From positions 1-36,754 of the IMG/VR virus record IMGVR_UViG_3300033067_000899: 36,754 nt of DNA. The stretch is one strand, 5' to 3'. The notes beneath the pieces were generated by a model, which was not told the DNA's origin, did not search any database, and saw nothing but the letters and a program-made list of their open reading frames with translations. This document shows positions 36,737 to 36,754 of the stretch, piece by piece (position 1 is the first letter of the stretch; every line of letters begins with the position of its first letter). A program made the position numbers and the translations under genes. The DNA is from a virus (taxonomy: Duplodnaviria > Caudoviricetes).

Positions 36737-36754
36737 ATGCTATTTTTTGCATTT
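36737..36754 (+). CDS. 5' end of the scaffold gene (MLFFAF), continuing at base 1
   Basis: ATG after an AT-rich leader; 6 codons in frame with positions 1-627. Confidence 0.65.

Noticed and set aside
1-36754. Alternative genetic code (TGA or TAG recoding, as in some CPR and gut phages)
   Set aside because: Long genes are intact in code 11, all three stops end genes cleanly, and ATGA stop/start overlaps are frequent.

Overview
This window looks like a complete or near-complete, circularly permuted ~36.8-kb tailed (podovirus-like) phage genome in the standard genetic code. The last 18 nt (ATG at 36737, MLFFAF) join in frame to base 1 and complete the scaffold gene. Gene order: terminase small and large subunits, portal, scaffold, major capsid, then a ~9-kb nucleotide-sugar, glycosyltransferase and methyltransferase island, adaptor, nozzle, ejection proteins, fibre-like proteins (several with Sec-type signal peptides), a lysis module (holin-like genes, papain-like peptidase, CHAP-like protein), and a small divergent regulatory region. 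I saw no integrase, polymerase, primase, helicase or initiator gene. Instead, 31390-31700 is a non-coding cluster of DnaA boxes, a TAG/TAA trinucleotide run and an AT-rich tract, resembling a bacterial oriC. Other unusual points are a recurring GACCA-N16/17-TAnnnT promoter class, many apparently leaderless genes, a GATAGCGCTATC operator-like palindrome, a shared M-x-[FY]-F-A-F N-terminus on scaffold and capsid, and an Acb2/Tad1-like anti-defence candidate. A Patescibacteria (CPR) host is inferred, not shown. All protein calls come from motif recognition and synteny, with no database search.
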